DNA of 64,000 nucleotides from Deltaproteobacteria bacterium (GTDB lineage Bacteria; Desulfobacterota; Deferrimicrobia; Deferrimicrobiales; Deferrimicrobiaceae): NCBI GenBank assembly GCA_021815305.1, contig JAKAHC010000004.1, positions 129,343 to 193,342 of the forward strand, read 5' to 3'. Shown piece by piece: positions 58,994 to 64,000 of this stretch (position 1 is its first letter; each line of letters starts with the position of its first letter). The notes under the pieces were generated by a model. It saw only the letters and a program-made list of their open reading frames with translations, ran no database searches and was not told where the DNA came from. The position numbers and the translations under genes were made by a program.

Positions 58994-60217
58994 ATGTCCG
59001 CCATCCTGGACGCATTCTCCAGCCGGCGCATCTTCTTCGTCATGCTCCTCGGGTTTTCCTCGGGAATCCCGCTGGCGTTGACCGGTTCCACGCTGCAGGC
59101 ATGGATGGTGTCGGAGAGGGTCGACCTGGCGGTCATCGGAGTGTTCTCCCTCGTCGGCCTGCCGTACACCATCAAGTATCTCTGGGCGCCGCTGATGGAC
59201 CGTTTCGTGCCGCCGTTCCTGGGAAGGCGGCGCGGGTGGATGCTCGTTTCCCAGATCGCGCTCTTCTTCGTCATCGCCGCGATGGCTCTCTCCCGGCCCA
59301 GGGCGCACCCCGGCGTGCTGGCCGCCCTGGCGTTCCTTGTGGCGTTTTTCAGCTCGAGCCAGGACATCGTGGTCGACGCCTACCGCACAGAGATCCTTCT
59401 GCCCGAAGAGCTGGGGCCAGGCGCGGGGGTGCACATCCTGGGGTACCGGGTGGCGATGCTCACCTCCGGAGCGGTTGCCCTGATCCTGGCGGACCGGATG
59501 CCGTGGCGCCTCGTCTACCTGCTGATGGCGGGGTCGCTCGCCGTCGGGATCGCTTCGTCCCTGCTCGCCCCGGAACCGGAGCTCTCCGAAAAACGCCCCC
59601 GGACGCTGAAGGAGGCGGTGGTCGAGCCGTTCCTCGAATTCCTTTCCCGCAGGGGGGCTTCGGGGATTCTCCTGTTCATCGTCTTCTACAAGCTCGACGT
59701 CGTCCTTGCCTCCGCGCTGACCACGCCGTTCCTCCTGGAGCTGGGGTTCACCAAGACCGACATCGGCGCCGTGACCAAGGGGCTTGGGATGGCCGCGACC
59801 ATCGCGGGAACCCTGGCGGGCGGGGCGGTGGTCGCCCGCGCCGGGATGAAGTCGTCCCTCTGGATCTTCGGCGTCCTGCAGTCGGTGTCCACCCTCTCGT
59901 TCCTCCTGCTGGCGCGGCTTGGGCACCACTATCCGATGATGGTGGCGGCGATCGGCCTCGAGAACCTGTGCGGCGGGATGGGGACGGCGGCGTACGCGGC
60001 GTTCCTCATGAGCATGTGCGACAGGCGGTACACCGCCACCCAGTACGCCCTGCTCACCAGCCTGATGGCGGTCACGCGGGTGGTCGCCGGGGCCCCCACC
60101 GGCCTCCTCGCGAAGACGTACGGATGGGAGACGTATTTCGCCGTGAGCGCCCTGGCGGCGATCCCCGGGTTGCTCTTCCTCCTCCGGTACGACCGGTGGA
60201 GCGCGCCATCGGGATGA
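58994..60217 (+). CDS. ampG: MFS transporter AmpG family (muropeptide permease-like)
   Basis: 12-TM MFS with AmpG-like N-terminus (IFFVMLLGFSSGIPLALTGSTLQAWM). Confidence 0.82.
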   Translation: MSAILDAFSSRRIFFVMLLGFSSGIPLALTGSTLQAWMVSERVDLAVIGVFSLVGLPYTIKYLWAPLMDRFVPPFLGRRRGWMLVSQIALFFVIAAMALSRPRAHPGVLAALAFLVAFFSSSQDIVVDAYRTEILLPEELGPGAGVHILGYRVAMLTSGAVALILADRMPWRLVYLLMAGSLAVGIASSLLAPEPELSEKRPRTLKEAVVEPFLEFLSRRGASGILLFIVFYKLDVVLASALTTPFLLELGFTKTDIGAVTKGLGMAATIAGTLAGGAVVARAGMKSSLWIFGVLQSVSTLSFLLLARLGHHYPMMVAAIGLENLCGGMGTAAYAAFLMSMCDRRYTATQYALLTSLMAVTRVVAGAPTGLLAKTYGWETYFAVSALAAIPGLLFLLRYDRWSAPSG

Positions 60218-60232
60218 CGTCTCCCCGCGGAA

Positions 60233-61423
60233 TCAGTCGAAGTCGGAGTAGATCTCCCCGAAGTTCAGCCCCGCGTACTGGGCGTGCTGTTCCTGCGAGC
60301 GGATCTTCACCTTCGCGTACTGCAGGTCCTGGCTGGTGCTCCCGTTCCGCAGGCCGGCGTACGCCTCGACGAACGCGGCGAGGTGGTCGGCCCGCTTGAC
60401 GAGCTCCCCGTCCTTGGGGTTGCATGCGTCCTCGTTGTACTTCTCGTGCAACTCCGCCGCCGGAACCCGCCGGAGTTTCCCGTCCACGGTGGCGAAGTTC
60501 TCGAACTCGTGCTCCGCGAACATCTCGAAGTCGGCGTGCCACCCCTCCGGGAGCAGCCCGTAGACCTCCTTGTCCAGCAGCTCTTTCTCGTATCCCTTGA
60601 TCAGTTCGCTCAGACCCTCCACGGACCGCTTCACCGGCGAGATGATGTCGCGGGTGAGAACCTCCGGCAGGTCGTGGAACAGCCCGGTGAGGTAGTTGTT
60701 CACGCACCGCCGGGAGCACGCCTTGATCTCCAGGGAGAAAAGGTAGGAGAGGAGCGCGACGTACAGGGAGTGGCCCAGGACCGAGGTTCTCGGGATCCGG
60801 TGGAGGTGGGCCCAGCGGTACTGGAACCGCAGCTGCCCGCACAGGTCGATGAAGTTCCGGTACCGGCGCTCCGCGGAAAGCAGGGCCATCCCCTTCAGGT
60901 CGTCGAATCCCGCGATCTTGCCGTCGAGGTCCTTCCGGATGTCGTCGATCTCGTACCCCCCGGGGTTCGTCCGCTCGATGATCTGGAACTCCCAGCGGGT
61001 GGCATAGTAGTGGGCGGCGTTGAGGATCCGCCGCTCCAACACGTCCTCGCTCTCGACGAAGTGGTCCTGGTACCTGCGGCAGAACGCCTTCCCCAGGGGG
61101 GAGACGAGGGGACGCAGCTCCTCGTACACCCACTCGTTGAGCAGCCGGTACTTTTTCGTGTCGGCCTTGATCTTGTAGAAGATCTGGGGCTTGAGGTCCG
61201 TGATCACGATCCGCTGCAGGAGGTCGAAGGTCCCCGCCTCGATGATCTTGGTCCACCGGACCGCGGCGCCGCCCTCCTCCTCCACGCGGGCCAGGAAGTA
61301 GGCGACGATCATCTTGTGGGCCTGCTTGTCGAGCTCGATGAGTTCGACGGGGCGGATCTTGTCGTTCCACCGCTGCATGTACGCGGCGTCGAGCACCTTG
61401 AGAAGGAGCGCTTTCCGGATCAT
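60233..61423 (-). CDS. HD-domain phosphohydrolase
   Basis: HD motif (H...HD...D) LGHSLYVALL...LFHDLPEVLTRDI. Confidence 0.78.
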   Translation of the reverse strand: MIRKALLLKVLDAAYMQRWNDKIRPVELIELDKQAHKMIVAYFLARVEEEGGAAVRWTKIIEAGTFDLLQRIVITDLKPQIFYKIKADTKKYRLLNEWVYEELRPLVSPLGKAFCRRYQDHFVESEDVLERRILNAAHYYATRWEFQIIERTNPGGYEIDDIRKDLDGKIAGFDDLKGMALLSAERRYRNFIDLCGQLRFQYRWAHLHRIPRTSVLGHSLYVALLSYLFSLEIKACSRRCVNNYLTGLFHDLPEVLTRDIISPVKRSVEGLSELIKGYEKELLDKEVYGLLPEGWHADFEMFAEHEFENFATVDGKLRRVPAAELHEKYNEDACNPKDGELVKRADHLAAFVEAYAGLRNGSTSQDLQYAKVKIRSQEQHAQYAGLNFGEIYSDFD

Positions 61424-61444
61424 CCCCGGTTCCCCGCCGCCCGC

Positions 61445-62350
61445 CTACTCCCGCGGCGCAAGGACGATCTCGATCCGCCGGTTCTTCGCCCTGCCTTCCG
61501 GTGTAGCGTTGTCGCCCACCGGGTTGTACTCCCCGTAGGCCACCGCCGAAAGCCGGGAAGGGTCGATCCCCCGCTCCTGGAGATACCGGGTCACGTTGAT
61601 GGCGCGCGCGGCGGAGAGCTCCCAGTTGGTGGGGTACTTTTTCGCGAGGGCGCCCGTGATCGGAACGTTGTCGGTGAACCCCTCGACGCGGATTTCCTTG
61701 TCTTTCACGTCCGCGAGGATGGAGACCACCTTTTTCAGGACCTCGATCCCCGCCTTCTTCACCTCGGCCCTCCCGGAATCGAACAGGATCGAGTCGACCA
61801 TGTTCACCGTGAGCCTTCCCTTGAGCTCCGAGATCGTCACCTGTCCCTGCGCGATCTCCGTCCGCATCTTCTCCAGAAGGTTCCGGTAGGTGGAGCTGAC
61901 CTTCTCGACTTGCTCCTGCTTGGCCTTTTCCAGAGCGGCCTGCCGCCGTTTGAGGTCCCCGTTCTCTTCCTCGAGGGAGGCGATCCGGTGCCGCAGTTCG
62001 TAGATCGTCTGGGAGAGGGAATCGGACTTCGACTGCAGGATCCTGTCGAGCTCCTCCCTGTCCGAGGCGAGCTTGTCCCGTTGCCCCGTGACATAGGCGA
62101 GGTCGGTGGTCAGCTTGTCGCGCTTCCGCGCCATCTCCTCGAGGTCGGCCGCAAGCTTCGCGTTGCGCTCCTTGAGCCCCGCGTTCTCGGCGAGGAGCTT
62201 CTCGTACCGGTTCTGCAGGGCGTCGTACCGCTTCCGCAGGGATTCCGCCTCTTCCGCCTTCTTCTGGTAGGTGCTCTGCATCACCGTGCAGGCGGATCCT
62301 CCCGCCGCAAGAGCGGCGACCAGGGCCGCAAGGAAGATTTTCCTCAGCAT
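61445..62350 (-). CDS. OmpA/MotB-domain lipoprotein with long N-terminal coiled coil
   Basis: Lipobox AAGGSAC; heptad-rich coiled coil; C-terminal OmpA-like peptidoglycan-binding domain (TDNVPITG...NRRIEIVL). Confidence 0.85.
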   Translation of the reverse strand: MLRKIFLAALVAALAAGGSACTVMQSTYQKKAEEAESLRKRYDALQNRYEKLLAENAGLKERNAKLAADLEEMARKRDKLTTDLAYVTGQRDKLASDREELDRILQSKSDSLSQTIYELRHRIASLEEENGDLKRRQAALEKAKQEQVEKVSSTYRNLLEKMRTEIAQGQVTISELKGRLTVNMVDSILFDSGRAEVKKAGIEVLKKVVSILADVKDKEIRVEGFTDNVPITGALAKKYPTNWELSAARAINVTRYLQERGIDPSRLSAVAYGEYNPVGDNATPEGRAKNRRIEIVLAPRE

Positions 62351-63615
62351 GATGTCCCTCCCGTTCCGGGTTTTAAGGGCCGCGACGCGACGTTGGCGAG
62401 GAAATCCGCTATCACCTTGGCCATCTTGTTCTTCACGCCCGGTTTCCCCCCCTCGGGGGGTTTTTCGTACTCGATGAGGAAGGCGTCATGCCCGTGGATC
62501 GTCGAAAGCTCGAGGCACGCCACCGCGAGGCCGTTCTGCAGCAGGGCGTTCCGGATCTCCTGCGACTGGTACGTCGGGTAGAGCCAGTCCGTGTCGAACG
62601 ATACGATCAGGAACTTCGCCTTCACGCCGGAGAACGCCTTCGCGAGGTACCCCGAGGGCTCCGAAATGTCGAAGATGTCGATCGCCTTGGTGATGCACAA
62701 GTACGAGTTGGCGTCGAATTTCCGGTCGAAGACGAAGACGTCCCCCTGGTGCTTGAGGTAGCTCTCCACCTGGAACTCGATGGCGGAGTGGTAGCCGATC
62801 GTCCCCTCCCCCCACTTCTTCGGTCCCGCGCCGCCTCCCTTCGCCGCAAGCTGCTTCATCCGGCCGAACTTCTCGTGCATCTTCCTGTCGGACAGGTAGG
62901 TGATGAACCCCACCATCCTCGCCACGGCAAGGCCTCGCTCCGGCACCTTCCCCGTCCCGTAGTAGTCCCCGCCGTTGAAATGGATGTCCGAGAGGATCGC
63001 GGCCCGCCCGACGTGGTTGAAGCCGATCTGCTGGGGGGAATGCCGCGCCGTCGTCGCGATCGGGATGGCGGAGGCTACGCGGTCGGGGTAGTCGACCGCC
63101 CATTGCAGCGCCTGCATCCCGCCCATCGAGCCGCCGATCACCGAGAGAAGACGCTGGATCCCCAGGTGGTCGATCAGGTGGCGCTGCGCCCGCACCATGT
63201 CTCCGACCGTCACCACGGGGAACGACAGCCCGTACGGTTTCCCCGTCCCGGGGTTCACCGAGTCCGGCCCCGTGCTGCCGTAGCAGGAGCCGATCACGTT
63301 CGAGCAGATGACGAAATATTTCTCCGTGTCCAGCGCCCGGCCCGGCCCGACGAGGAAGTCCCACCATCCGGGCTTGTCCTTCGAGGGATCCTCCCCCGGG
63401 TGGAACCCGGCGGCGTGCGCGCTCCCGGAGAAGGCGTGAAGCAGGAGAATCGCGTTGCTCCTCTCCCGGTCGAGTTTGCCGTACGTCTCGTAGACGATGA
63501 CGATGGGGCCGAGCTTCTGGCCGCTTTCCAGCGGCATCTCGTGGGGCGGTTCCGCGAAAACGAAGCGTTTCTCCTCGACGAACCCGACGGAACCTTGGGG
63601 CAGATGGGCTTTCAT
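62344..63615 (-). CDS. metX: homoserine O-acetyltransferase
   Basis: alpha/beta hydrolase with GGSMGGMQALQWA nucleophile elbow and MetX-family conservation throughout. Confidence 0.88.
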   Translation of the reverse strand: MKAHLPQGSVGFVEEKRFVFAEPPHEMPLESGQKLGPIVIVYETYGKLDRERSNAILLLHAFSGSAHAAGFHPGEDPSKDKPGWWDFLVGPGRALDTEKYFVICSNVIGSCYGSTGPDSVNPGTGKPYGLSFPVVTVGDMVRAQRHLIDHLGIQRLLSVIGGSMGGMQALQWAVDYPDRVASAIPIATTARHSPQQIGFNHVGRAAILSDIHFNGGDYYGTGKVPERGLAVARMVGFITYLSDRKMHEKFGRMKQLAAKGGGAGPKKWGEGTIGYHSAIEFQVESYLKHQGDVFVFDRKFDANSYLCITKAIDIFDISEPSGYLAKAFSGVKAKFLIVSFDTDWLYPTYQSQEIRNALLQNGLAVACLELSTIHGHDAFLIEYEKPPEGGKPGVKNKMAKVIADFLANVASRPLKPGTGGTSC

Positions 63616-63790
63616 TGGAAGTCATGATAGCAAAGATTGATCCACACGGGGACTCGCCCGGCGGTGTCCCCGGCGCGGAAACGGTTTCCGCAGGTGGAAA
63701 ATCCGGGGAAACAGGAATCAGTGCTAAAATTACACAGGGGAGATTTGGTATCCCTCATTCCCCAACCCATATTGGAGGTATCTTTCGGCG

Positions 63791-64000
63791 GTGTCCCGTT
63801 TCCTGAGTCTGCGCACGCGTCTTCTCCTTGTCTGTTTCCTGGCCGCCGTACCGGCGTTCGGCATGCTGCTCCACACCTTCTCCAAGGAACGAGCCCGGGA
63901 ACTCTCGCCGGTGAAAACGGACGTGTTGCGGACCGCAAACCTCGTCGCCGTCGAGGAGCAGAGGAGGATCGGGGAAGCCCGCACCCTTCTCGTCACGCTC
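63791..64000 (+). CDS. partial CDS (5' end): probable sensor protein N-terminus with TM helix, truncated by window end
   Basis: GTG start after GGAGG; VSRFLSLRTRLLLVCFLAAVPAFGMLLHTF then ...EEQRRIGEARTLLVTL; not in ORF track because it has no stop within the window. Confidence 0.3.
   Translation, partial: MSRFLSLRTRLLLVCFLAAVPAFGMLLHTFSKERARELSPVKTDVLRTANLVAVEEQRRIGEARTLLVTL

Overview
High-GC (roughly 65-70%) bacterial chromosomal segment, densely coding on both strands. Many adjacent genes overlap by a 4-nt GTGA/ATGA start/stop, suggesting translational coupling; these junctions were reconstructed by eye and should be rechecked. The content is consistent with a sigma-54-rich, Deltaproteobacteria-like aerobe or facultative organism, but this is not proven. 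Recognisable core blocks: glnB-glnA (PII and glutamine synthetase); TPM/LemA pair; plsY; an ACT-malic enzyme; an inositol cluster (myo-inositol-1-phosphate synthase convergent with an MshA-like GT4 glycosyltransferase, a FemAB/CelD-like GNAT and a lipoprotein); two aminotransferases (one hisC-like); flgM, a sigma-54 enhancer-binding response regulator, a hybrid histidine kinase, and fliA behind a textbook sigma-54 promoter; a tetR-MFP-RND-OMF efflux operon in which the RND pump and TolC-like outer-membrane factor lie in one uninterrupted ORF; a ClpA/C-like AAA+ ATPase; a pfkB kinase; a complete caa3-type cytochrome c oxidase cluster (sco-coxB-coxA-coxC-coxIV-ctaA-ctaB); a beta-CASP hydrolase; an mla lipid-asymmetry operon (mlaEFDC plus a ChaN-PDZ lipoprotein, with divergent mlaA); rmuC; ampG; an HD hydrolase; an OmpA-like protein; and metX. 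The most striking accessory element is an approximately 3.9-kb island of visibly lower G+C (about 28.75-32.7 kb) carrying a bona fide RpfF-type DSF synthase (crotonase) and a convergent RpfC-like hybrid sensor kinase (TM sensor-HisKA-HATPase-REC-REC-HPt). This is a DSF-family quorum-sensing module that appears horizontally acquired and lacks an adjacent RpfG. A second accessory block (about 51.9-58.0 kb, moderately lower G+C) encodes three paralogous DUF5666-like lipoproteins interleaved with an ArnT/PMT-type GT-C glycosyltransferase. One lipoprotein has a G10 tract in its ribosome-binding region. Together these suggest a lipoprotein glycosylation or surface-variation system. Many long ORFs antisense to real genes are GC-driven artefacts and were discarded.
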